This document shows, piece by piece, positions 1 through 12,400 of a stretch of DNA of 64,000 nucleotides (its first letter is position 1; every line of letters starts with the position of its first letter). The notes beneath the pieces were generated by a model. It saw nothing but the letters and a program-made list of their open reading frames with translations. It was not told the origin of the DNA and made no database searches. The stretch is from Vitrella brassicaformis CCMP3155 (lineage: Eukaryota; Protista; Chromerida), in contig CDMY01000698.1 of NCBI GenBank assembly GCA_001179505.1, positions 231,137 through 295,136 of the forward strand, written 5' to 3'. The position numbers were made by a program, and so were the translations under genes.

Positions 1-3000
1 TGTGGCGACACACCATGGAGGCCACACAAGGTGGCCGGGCCCATCATCGATGCGCGAGACATCACATCATTCACACCACACCCACCACAACATGCGTCCG
101 TCCACTGACATCTGTTGTGTGCAGAGGAGTACCTCGGCCTCCCGCCGCCCGATCTGTCGGGTGTTGACTCCCTCCTCAGCAAGTGCGAAAAGGCCATACG
201 CGAACTGCACGAGGTAAGGTACCTGGGCGGCTGGCATCCAACCAGCGAGACACCCATCTCATGACGGTGTCTCCCTCCCACTCCCTGCCGGGATGGATTG
301 CCTGCAGGTGTGTGTGGGCGACGGTGGATCTGCGTCAGAGGAGACCAAGAAGCAGCTGGTGTTGTGCAGCGAGGTCTATCGCACTCTCACGGCGCTGTGG
401 ACGCTCGTTGCCATTCACGACAAACTCACGGACGCGGGCGTGTCAGAGGTCAGCCAGCCAGCCAGCCAGCATATACCTCTTCTGCAGATGGATTCGTGTT
501 TGTCCAGGCTGTGGCGTTTGCGTCAGTGGTGTACTTGGACGGTGCCTATCACGAGATCCTCTCTGCCAACGTGTTGGTGATGGACGCACTTCGCGCCCTC
601 TTCAGCTACCGCGAGCTCTCCTTCCCACCCAAACCCGTCACAGAACCTGAACACCTCTCCGAACGCGTCAGTGTGCCCACCACACACACCAACGAAACGA
701 CAAATGGGATTCGGTGGTGGTGTTTTGTTGTCAGAATGATCGCGACAATGCGCTGGTGTGCAGTGGGCTGCCCTATGTGCCGTCGCCGACCGAGGCCTAT
801 CTCGCCAAGACCGACTCGCCCAAACTGCAGGGGGTGGCGAAGCTCTGCGAGAAATACCCACGGGTGCTCGTCGTATTCTCCTCTGAAAAGGTCGCCACAC
901 GTGGATTATTGGCAGCATAGCATGTCTGTCTCTGTCTGTGTGTGTGGTGGGTGCCACTGGGTGGTGTGCCGTTGCGTGCAGGTGATGGATGTGGTGGTGT
1001 CTGTGATGAAGCGTCGGTTCGACAGCAAGATGGACGTGATGCGGCCCACACTCCCCACACCCAGGAGAATCGCAATGCTCACGACCTCATCCAAAATCGC
1101 CATCCACGAGGCGTGTTTCTTCAAGACTCTCCCGGCGGCCTCGGGGAGCCGTGCAGCACTGGAACCTGCCTTCGAGATACCACCCTCCTTCGTAAGCCAC
1201 CCAACTCACCCAATGCGACAGAGAGAGAGAGACAAGAACGTCTTTGTTTGTGTGTGTGTGTGCTGGCAGGTCGTGGTGAGCTACCAGTCGCTCAACATCA
1301 TCTCACATGGTCGACCAGAGAGCACTCACTCGACGCACATGATATGCCGTCACTCACCCTCATAGACGGGTTTGCCGATGGATGAATGTAGGGGACCTTC
1401 TGACGGACGCCATTCACATCTTCCTGTCGGTGCCACCGCCCACAGAGACACAACAACAGCATGATGAGCCCAAACAGACGGCGGACGGCAAGGCCGCACA
1501 GCCGCCGTAAGCGACCAGACTACACAAACACAAAATTTAAAGGGGGCCTGCCTTGTCACCCGGTCCGTGTCGTCAGGCGTACGACCATCTTTGCCAGCAT
1601 GCAGCTCATCCAGTGGCAAGGTCAGTCAGTCCACACACGCAGAGCCTCGTGCACGTAAGGAGTGCGTTAACGAAGGAATGCCTCTGTGTGTGTGTGTGTG
1701 TAGACTTCCTGCTGCGGTTGCGTGTGAAGCATGCGATAGAGTGTGAGGAGAGGGAGCAGCTCGCCTTCGCCGAGGCGGACCTCGTGCTCGGTAGGCCCAC
1801 CCAGACACACACATAACACCTCCATCCATCCATCCACCCGCTGCTCATCCATCCATCAGATCACGAGACGTGTGTGTTGTTTGTGGACATCGAGCGGTCG
1901 ACCGACGAGAGCATACAGTCGGCACTCAGACAACTCGTCGACCTGCAGCTGTCCTTCCAACAGGTATGTGGGGGACTTAGTGAGGGAGTGAGTGGGTTGG
2001 CCAGCGAGACACAAGGGACACACCCTCCCTCCCTCTGCCCCATGTCTTGTGTGCCTGTGTGTGCATGTCATGGATGCAGGTGGTGGTGGTCTTGTTCGGT
2101 AATTGGGAGCTGGCCAAATCCAGCCACCAGGACCACTTCCTCGCAACCATCTCACGACTACCACGGTCGGTGACCATCTCATACACACACACACTGTCTC
2201 TGTCTGGTGTTGCGGACATAAATGTGTTCATCTCTGCAGGCCGTGCGCGATTCGATTTGCGAAGACACTGGACCAGGCGGCCGACTGTGTCAGCTGGTAA
2301 CCAAAGAAATGATCCGATGTGGCCACCCGCCCAACAACCAAAACATGGAGATGTCTGCAAATGGGTGGGTGGCTGCAGTGAGCTTCGTCGCGTGGAGAGT
2401 ATCTGGTCTAAGCGTGGGGAGGGGGACATCTGGCGGCAGCTGCGCACATTTACACAGCGCAAAGAGACCAACCTCGAAAACGCCATGGCCATCTTACCAG
2501 GTACTTACACCGGCTGCGAGCCAACAAAGCTTCCCCTCAAACACCAAACCAACTCTTTGTGGTGTGGTGTGGTGTGCTGTAATGTGGTCTGCTGTGGTGT
2601 GGTGTGTATCATCAGGCCACAATTGTTTCAACGCGTTGTTGGCACTGAACGCCATGTCTGCCGAGCGCATGCCGCTGGGGGAGATCATGTCCTACGACCG
2701 TGACAGCCTCGCACGGCTCTTCCCGTGGCTCGATGAATTCGCTGTCGACGCATGCCTCGTACAGACATCACATCATCATAGCCCACGCCCCCACATACTC
2801 TCCCTAAGGCCTCTGTTCTCTGGTGGTGTGCTGCAGGCGACTTTCACGAAGAGCATGGGTCTGGAGGTGGTGCCCTCGACAGCTATCCAGGACGACCTGC
2901 CAGCAGCAGCTGCAGCTGCAGCAACGGCAGTGGCAACAGACGACATTGAGATCGAGGGTGTGGGAGGGTTTGCCGAGGGCCTCCCCATGCACGGTCGCCC

Positions 3001-3838
3001 CCTGACGTCGATGCCGCACGAGTACATGCCCGGACCTGTACCTGGCCAGCCTCACCCCGCCAACCACCCCCACGCCCCTGCTGCATCCGAGTCTGAGCCC
3101 TACAACGAGGCCTCCTACCTTTTCCCACCTCGACAGATGCCTCCCACACACACGCGAGAGCCCCCCACATCTGAACCAATGGGTGGGCGGCCGATGATAC
3201 AATCTCGCCCACTTGCTGTGAGTGTCTCGTTCGTTCAGCGTTTTCCGGTCTGCTTGGGACGTCGGTCGACTTCCCATCCCCCAGGCCGATACCCCCGATG
3301 CAGCACGACGAGTACAGCCAACCAGCCGAACAGCGTGGCAACCCCTTCCACGCCACCAACCCATTCGACGGCGAATTGCCGCCCGGCTGGTATGAGATCC
3401 CGGAGGAGCCTGGGACCTACGTGAACTGGCCAGTTTCGTCTGCTCTCGTCGACCACTGGCCCCACAAGCAGCAGCAGCAGCGCAGCAGGGCTGCAAGTGT
3501 GGCCAGCCTGGGGGGGCCTGGCGCGTCCAGCATGACGATTGTTGACAAGCAGCAGCGGCAGGCGCCGTTCTGGGAGGCGCCGGGGCGGTCCTTCATGTCA
3601 TCCATGCAGCCCGCTCGCCCTCAGCTGGATGCACACATGCCCTCCCTTTACCCGTCGGACTCATCGCAGTACTACCCCAATCACAATCTTCCCCCGCAGC
3701 CCCCGGCCACCGACCCTCTGCCACACACCTCACCCGCACACGCAAACCCACACATCAACCCACGGTGGGTGGATGGACCAGAGATAAATGCACCTCTCTC
3801 TCTCTCTGTCAACACACGTCTCTCTCTCTCTCTCTCTA

Positions 3839-3869
<31 letters not shown>

Positions 3870-4928
3870 GGTCGTCAGGTTCCAGCAGGCTGACGTGTAC
3901 AGCCCCCCTTCCAGGCGTGTGAGGCCATCGTACCACTACCAGCCGTACCAGTCATACCAGTACCAGCAGCAGCGGCAGCAGCAGCCCCCTCACTCATCGC
4001 GCGAGTACAGTGTGATGCATAACATGGCTGCTGACGGCAGTGAGGACGGGCACGTGTGCGACAAGATGCAGCGGTATGCATCGACAGTGGTGGGGGGCGG
4101 CGGGGGACGGCACACATACGACACACAGCCACCCCAATACGGCAGCGGTGAGACAGACATGTCGATTGGCGTGGGTGACCCCTTCAGACGATTGCCCTTT
4201 TGTGTTGTCCTTGTTTCCTTGTTTTGTGTGTGTTTCAGGTGGGGGGGACTTCGTGTACGGTGGCCAATTTGCTGAGTATGAGAATCCCGTCGACCACTGG
4301 CCCCACCACCACCCCCACCATCAGCAGCAGCAGCAGTACCAGCAGCAGTACCAGCAGCGGCATGCCCACGAAGGTGCGGAGAAACCCACTGCAACCAATC
4401 ATAAGTGCCTCGCTGCTGATGATGTATGTGTCCTCTGTGTCCTTGGCAGCCCGCACGCCGTTCAAGCGAGGCCGCACACCAGCCCGCAACATCCGCATCA
4501 TGCAAGTCGACGGTAGACCAACCCCCCCCACCCCCACCCCCCAACACCAAAGGACCCATGGCGCTGCACCTTCAGCCCTTGTCTGTCCGTCCATTCACAC
4601 ACAGGTATGGATGCATATTTGCGTGAGCACAAGCCCGCCATGAGCAGCCACGGCCGCATGTCCACGTCTGATGCACACCCCCAGCCATCCCCCGGCCGCC
4701 CAGCTGACGTTGACTTCAGCGACTTCTCCTACCAGGGCAACTCGACCAAACCGGCCAGCAAGACGCCAGCCACGGCCGGGCGGCCACGGGCGTTCGTGCG
4801 CTTCTCCAAGACACCCGGAAAGTGAGAGAAGACGTGCAGGTCCCCGTATGCTCGATTCATTGATGGTGTGTGTGTGTGTGTGTGTGGTTAGGCGGCAGAC
4901 GAAGTTGTACTTGCAGCCGGTGCGGTGA
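1..4928 (+). CDS. SHOC1/Zip2-like (XPF/ERCC4-related) meiotic crossover protein, multi-exon, 5'-partial; long Pro/Gln-rich C-terminal tail
   Basis: GT-AG exons join in frame, e.g. 1704-1790 + 1861-1963 give DFLLRLRVKHAIECEEREQLAFAEADLVL-DHETCVLFVDIERSTDESIQSALRQLVDLQLSFQQ-VVVVLF; later ETNLENAMAILP-GHNCFNALLALNAMSAERMPLGEIMSYDRDSLARLFPWL; terminal exon gives ...RFSKTPGK-RQTKLYLQPVR* (TGA 4926-4928). These resemble the SHOC1 XPF-like core, following HhH-like segment and C-terminal KVPG..GQTRL motif as I recall them. Some tail exon phases unresolved. Confidence 0.6.
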
Positions 4929-6009
4929 ACCCTCTCGCATCACTCATGGCGTTTCAGGGCGTGGCGTGGCGTGGTGTGCTTCGATGAGGAACCCGATGTC
5001 CGTGTCCTTTCATGTCAGTGCACATCCAGGTGCACCCATCATGACCATCTGTGACCGACTCGCAAGTCATCGACCGACGAAACGATGAGTGAGTGAGTGG
5101 AATACGTGTGTCTGTGTGTATGTGTGTGCCTGTCTCTTGGTATTGCGCGTGTCCTTGCCCACTCGTCACTCTAGTACCACATGCCACAGACATCAGAAAA
5201 AGAACCACGCACATAGACACTGGGGGACGGCAAGAGCGAAGTGCAGTCAGTCAGTCAGTCGGCCGGCCGGCGCACACGCACAATACAACGGCACACCAGG
5301 CATGTGACCACGGCCGGCAGTGAGTCGATGCCTCGCCTCTCTGAGAATCAGCTTGCAACCAATACAGAGAGAAGCTCATGCACCAGCCACACCACGCAGC
5401 CACCACTCCACGGTCACCGAGCAGCATGAATCAAGAGGGAGCATAGAATTGAACACACATGTCAGAAGCGAGTACCAATGCAGAGATGCAGCCACCGATA
5501 GATAAACCGCCATAAGCCAGTCGACACGCACACACACACACACACACATGCACACGGAGGGGCCGGTCGGCCGCATACACGCAGGCAGACATGGGTAGGG
5601 TATCGATGCGATTAATAAAGGAGTGAGACATGCACTGCACGGCACAGGCAGTGGCTGGCTCAGTGGGCCGTCCGTTCGCTCGGCAGTCGGTAGCGAGCGG
5701 CGGCAAAAAGGCCGCCATCTGCCGGCGACACACACGGCACTCATGGCATGGCACGGCATTACACGGCACGGCACGGACGCACAGACGGATGAATGGACGA
5801 GAGAGACCACACGTACGCACGAGAGAAATGTGATATGACCGACCGACAAACCGACACGGCTCCCCCTCTCCCTCCCTCCCTCCCTCGGTCTACACTACAC
5901 TGCACGCATCACTGCACAAGCTCAGGCAGGCCCAATAAAACACACACATAGCACAACGCAATGCATTCAATACAACACAACACAACACAACACAGCTTAC
6001 ACGTCCACA

Positions 6010-8981
6010 TTACACGTCCTGCACTGTGGTGCTGGGGGTGACGAGGACCGGCACTGTGGTGCTGGGGGGGGTGATGGTGCTGGGGGTGACACTGCCGCAG
6101 TAGGCCATCGTGGTGGTGGCGGTGGTCTCAGTGGTCTCAGCTGTGGTCGTCACGGTGTGGTCCTCCCCATCCTTGAGCTGCTTGAAGGCCTGACCACGGC
6201 CGTAGTCCTTGCCGCCGGTGACCAGGTGGTCGGGGAGCGGCTTGCCCACTAGGAACCAGAAGGCCACCGTCGCCACCACATAGCCGATGAAGGTCAGACC
6301 GTACTCGGGCATCCCGAAGGGAACAGCTATGTAGCCCAGACACAAGGCCAACATCGCACCGAAGCACGCATAAGGCAGCTGAGATACACAGCACACATAC
6401 AGAGAGGGGTCGTGTGGGCCATGATGTGTGTGGCTCGCGTCGCGAGTGCATACCTGCGTCTTGACATGGTCGATGAGGTTGCACCGAGTGGCCACCGACG
6501 ACAGCACAGTCGTATCCGATATGGGGGAGCAGTGGTCACCGAAGATCGCGCCGTCCAACACTACCAACACGCACGACAGACAGACAACACCCACACTCCT
6601 GGTCTGAAATGAAGCAGGTGATGTGTCTGCGAACCGACCTGCCGATGCGGTGAGGAATATGAGTTTGACCCCCAGTGGCGACAGGCCGAACCGCCCGCCC
6701 TCCGCGCGCTCACTCAGACGGTACGCAATCGGCACCGTCACGGGCAGCAAGATGCCCATCGTGCCCCAACTCGTACCTACACAGCACACGCACACACACA
6801 CACGTCAGGGACGGGATGAACGGCGTCTTCGCTCAGCTCACTCACCGGTGGCGAGGGCACAGACAGCGGCGAGGATGAAGGTAACGAGTGGAACGATGCG
6901 CGCGTCGACGTTGCCCATCAGCCCTGAGATCCAGTCGCCTGTGCCCATGCCGTCGCACACTTTTTTGATGCCCCACGCAGACATCAGCACGAAACAAGAC
7001 GACAGCATAAACTGCAGACACACAGACAGACAGACATCCACCAACACAACACAAGAGACAACGTCATGGTGCTGACTGACTGACCTTGACGCCGTTGAAA
7101 AAGGCTATCACGCAATCCTCAACCTGAACCAACACACACACACCACACACACGGACAGACGCACTGATGTGCCCTTCCATCCTCTCTCTGTCCATCCATC
7201 CTTTGTGCTGACTGACCTTCAAGATGCCCTGGTAGATGGGCATGAGCGACGCAATCAGCGTGCCACACAGCGACACCACGAACAGCACATAGGAAGAATC
7301 GGCCGCGCCAAAGCTCAGTCGCCACGCGGCCTCATTAAAGATGTGAGGACCCCCAGGGATCTCGTCGCCCTCCTCCAGGATCATCGCTTGGCCGTTGAGG
7401 AACATGCCGAACAGGGTGCCCACGACCACGGCAACGAGCGGCACGACGCTGTTGTACCACCGCAACGGTGCGCCGAGAGGCGGCTTGTTGGTCCGCCGAC
7501 GGAACTCCTCGTCAGGAAGCGTCTCGCGGAGCCTCTGTGGCAGGCAGGCAGGAAGGCATCACACCAACAACTGCATATTTGACGATCGGCTAATCCCTGC
7601 CTCTGTGCCCTCCCCACCGACTCACCTCGATCTCGTCTTCGTCAGCGTTGGCCTGCTGGTCCCACAGCCGGCCGGTGGTGAGGGCACGCCTCTCGGCCGC
7701 CAGCATTGGGCCCCAGTCGCGGCGCATCAGCGTGCCCAACACGATCACGAAGAGTGCGGCGTAGCAGTAGAAGCGGTAGGGCAGACAGTCGATGAACATG
7801 GCATAGCCATCCTCACCCAGATTCAACTGCAAGCAAAAGATACAGACAGACATAGGATAGGCAGATGGGAACGAAGGCACGGGAAAGCAACAAACAGAAA
7901 GTAAGTGCCTCTGGTCTAGAGAGGTCCGTGTGAGAGCATGTGGTTTCGATCCCCCTAACCTCCTTCGAGACGTCTTGCAGCAGGCCGACCTCGAAAGAAA
8001 TCCACGTCGAAATGACCGCAACACCAGCAACTGCACCGCGCACGCACGCACCGACACGCACGCACGCACCATCACCGACCCCCAGGAGGCTTCTCCAGGT
8101 GTGTCAGGGCTTCTTACTGGGTGCAGCGGTAGAGTCCACGAGGTAGGCGAGCTTCTCGCGTGACACGACCATGCGGTCGCTGAGCGGCCGGATGGAGTTG
8201 CCGACCACGACTGAGTTGCCGTAGTCGTCGAAGAAGAAGACGATTCCCATGATGAATGTGGCGATGCGGGTGGTGTAGGGGGTGCGGGCGAACCGCATGA
8301 TCTGCTGCACCAGGCCGTCCATCCCCCCAGACCTCTGCATGATGGCAATCATCCCACCGATGCACATCGAGAAACCCAGGATACGCGCATTGAACGTGTC
8401 CCACAGGACACTGACACACACACACACACCGCCTCAGGCTCCTGTGCGTGTCTGTGTCATTGATGGTGTGTACTTGAAGTAGTAGTGTTCAAACACGTCC
8501 CAGGGCGGGAAGGGCTGCGCCGACTGCACCCACAGGCCTCCGAAGACGACACCGAATGTCAGTCCCCAGATGACGTCCCGGAACACCGATGCGTAGGCAA
8601 TGGCGATGACGGGCGGGAGAACAGACCACCAGCCGCCGTACCACCACGGCTTGTCGTTCCCCTCCCCCTTCTGCTGCTGCACGTCGCCGCAGCAGGGCTC
8701 TGAGATGATCGCCAGCACGGCGCAGAAAGCCGCAATAATGCCCAAGAAAATACACCACTTCTGCACACGTCAATACGCGACAGCCAAGGAATCGAGGGAC
8801 GTCCGTGAGAGATCCGTGTGTGTGTGTGTGTGTGTCTGTGTGTTATGCGGTGTGGTCGGTGGCTGACCTTCCATTTGGCTCCGAAGAGGCTGTATAGGCC
8901 TGCTGTGGTTCCTGCTGGTATCCCCTTGAGGGAAGTGGCGAAGTCGGCGCAGTGGATAGGCTCCAGATCATCGGCCTCCAT
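6010..8981 (-). CDS. Na+/H+ antiporter NhaC-family membrane transporter, multi-exon
   Basis: Exons encode [86 protein letters not shown] and [19 protein letters not shown], all typical of the NhaC family. Probable ATG at 8981 (MEADDLEP...KWK|), stop at 6010-6012 after a Thr-rich tail. Confidence 0.9.
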
Positions 8982-9484
8982 GGCTGCAGCACGTGATCAC
9001 CTCCCTCTCTGTCGCTTCACCCACCTCCTCACGTCTGCGACATACACCGATTACAGACACAGAACACGCCACCATCTTGACACCATCGTCAGCTCCGCAT
9101 CTCCACTTCTCTCCCAACGCGCATACCTGTCGTGATTCTTCGTGTTTGGCCCTCTCCTTGAGGATGGTGGTACAGATCTCTGTCAGGAGAGCGAGCCCTC
9201 CTTCGCCTCACACTTGCGAGCTTAGCCACGGAGAGAGCGGTTTCACGCAATGTCCTAACTCGCCCGAAGCGGTCCTCGATCAAACGAACGACATGCAACA
9301 GGAATCACCCACGCACGCTCCACATGCACAGAGGAACCCAAGGAGGAGCTTAGCCGGAAGATGCGAGCTCAGAATTTGTTGCACATAGACGTCCGTTTGT
9401 GGCGACTTCGATCTTTTCCTCTCCAGACTGCACGGTGGATCTGAAGAGCTCTGTGCCATCCCAGGTGGCGGCGAGATCATCGCG

Positions 9485-12400
9485 ATGAGTCGGCAGAGAA
9501 GCTGCAAGACGGCGGGTGCCGACCCGCACCTGAGTCAGAGCGACGTCGATGCTCTCGCGACAGATCTGCTGTCAACGGATCCCACCATGGCAGCCGCAGC
9601 AGCCAGGGGGATCGTCAGCGCTGACGCGAAGGGGACTCTTACGAGTGAGCACATCCGTCGCATTGTGGCCACAGCTGCTATACAGCAAAGATGGTCTCCG
9701 TCGAGCGCTACTTCGGCTGGCGGACGACAGCGACAAAGAAGCGCGGAACGGCATCGCTTTAGTGCTCCCAATTTTTCTTACGACGATCCGGTCCACTCTT
9801 CCCACTCTGCAGCCATCTCAGCTCGTCGCTGTGGCCAACGTCGTCATTCAGACGGTCAGCACCACACGGAAGGAGCTGACGGCGGGTGGCGAAAGCGACC
9901 AGCTGCAAGACCAGCTGCAAAAGTGTGTGATGACTGTGCGGCTGGCGCTTCTGGCTTACGTGTTTCGGGCGGTGCGGCAGGCTGCACCACGGCAGTTCGC
10001 GGCTGTCCGCGATTCGTTTCTGGCTGACCACCTGGCGACTCTCAAGCAGTACCTGACACTCATGGCAAACAAGAATTTTCTGGGTCTTATGGTTGAGGCC
10101 TGTGATTCTCTGTTTTCGCCGGAGGGGAGCTACCCGGATCCCTCCCCGATCCCCCTGCGTCTGGCCCTTCCGCCGATGACACTCCTGACGGAGTATGTGG
10201 CGCAGCTGGCAGAAGGGGCGACTGACATGAGCGCAGAGGGGTGGCGGCGGGCAGTTGATTTATGTCACGTGGCTGCAAGTGCAGCCCTTGTAGCATCGAA
10301 GCAGCCTGACAGATGTAAGTCGGAACATAGTGAGTACTACACAGGTGCTGACTCAATGTTGTTGTCCGTTGTCTTTCTGTGTGCGCGCACCCATCCATCC
10401 AGCGGTCGGTGGGAAGGACGTCAAGCGACTGGTCGAGCAGCACCTTTTCGCACATGTGGATGAGCTCGTGCGCATCATCCTCACGGCAGAAGGGGTCACG
10501 GTGGGTGTTGCGGCTGTTACCCTGAGTAGCCTGTCCGGGTGTGCCTTTGCACTGAGCGCGCAGTGGCGCTCCCTTCTTTCCGCCTTTCCCCTGTCGTCGT
10601 GGCGGCCACTTCTGAACAACCCACAGCCACTCGCCAAGGCAGCCGCTGCCATCCCTACACATGACATAGAACGCTCGGTGATATGTGATCTGCTGGCGGT
10701 GCCCGCGAAGGTGGCCGTGGGTAAGGTGCACAGAGGACGAGGGGACATGTGTGCAAACGGTTGGTTGCCTGATGTGCTTCTATATGTTTGGTTGGGTGAG
10801 CAGCTTCGGATGACATTGACACACTTGGTGCCCTGGCAGAGGCTCTCTGTCGGCTGCTGCTGGAACCCCTGTCGTCAGCAGGCGTCAAGGCCATCGTCAC
10901 CGATCTGAAGCGCATGCTCGAGTGAGTGAGTGAGTGGACGCATTCGGTGGTGGGGCCAAACGTAACGTCGTGCTACATGATTTTTTGTGTGTGTGTGTGT
11001 CTGTCGTTGGCTGCCGTACAGGTGTGGTGACGGTATGGTCGCTCGTGGCAAAGCGACAAGCAACTCTCTCATTGATCAGATCGCGCATGTAAGTAACCAA
11101 AACCCATATGTCGATCGCCACGTGTCCGTGTCTGTCTGTGTGTGCGCTTTATTGCCAGTGTGAGGCCGTCCAGCAGCTGAGACGCCGCCGTGACCTGTCA
11201 ATAGAGGTAAGCGACGCAGCCAACGAAACCACACGACCAAACGAAACGAGTCGATGGGTGCCTCTCCGCTGATACCTCCGGCCTTTTGTACAGGTGACGT
11301 CATTCATCCAGTCGCTCCCAAAGACGGTCAAAGTGTGCAGCAGCTCAGCCGCGACGGACCGATCGCACCGCCCAGCCAAACACAAGACAGCCGCGCACAC
11401 CCATCAGGCGTCAGGGCCTCCTCCGCCGCCCCGCTCCCCCTCGCCGCAGCCCTCATCACCCGTCGACGCCGATGCGCTGGTGGACGGCCTGCTGTCTGAC
11501 GATATCGAGACGTTCACCTCGGCAGGCAAAGCCATCGCTGACCAGGTGACGACTGCATTGGCCAAGCGGCTGGCCGTGCGGGTCGGAAAAGAGAAGAAGC
11601 TTTTCCGTCGCCTCCTGATGCGCCTGGTGGATAGCGGAAACGAGAAATGTCAGCTGGCGGCCGCTGACCTGCTGGTTAGCCTCTTCTCTCATGGCCTCCT
11701 GGAGCACATGGCCCCGTCAGATGGCGTGCGGGCCGTCCAGGACATCTTCGATATCCTGACGTGGGGGGATCTTGAGGAGGGAGGAGTGGGAGGCGACCTG
11801 GGTGGGGAGGTCGACAGCATCATCTCGTCTGCTATCGTCGAGGCATCGTCAGGCGACGAGCCGCTGCCCCGTGCCGTCGACGTCGTGACGTATGCAAGAC
11901 TCCGGCTCATCGAAGGAGCTCTGCAACAGGCCACCTCCCTTGAGGCGGCAGGACGGCTCCAGCTTCGCGAGAGCTTCTTCCAGACCCATCAAACAACCCT
12001 CCGGCAGGTGTTGGCGATCATCCGCGAATACAGACATCGACTAGTGGCTGGAGCGGCCGTCGCTTTGCTGAATGTGCTCTTCACGCCCAGCCCCCTCGGC
12101 CCCAGCCCTTCGGTCGTGCTCGAGTCCTTCTCATTTTCGTCGAGAGCCTGAAGCAGCTGCGAGATGAGCAACCAGCGAGGACGAGGCTCTTAGTATCGCC
12201 ACTGATCCGGGCTGCAGACTACCTGTGGGACTCTCCTTGCGAAGGTCAGAAAAGTGCAGGTCGATGCGTTCTTTGCACAAGTCTGCTCTCTCTTGTTTTG
12301 ACAGGCATTGTGGAGGAGTGGCCGGCCATCAAAGCGGCTCTCAACACACACGTCTACGCCCATCTGGACACGCTGGTGTCCCGCATCAAAGCGTCCGATC

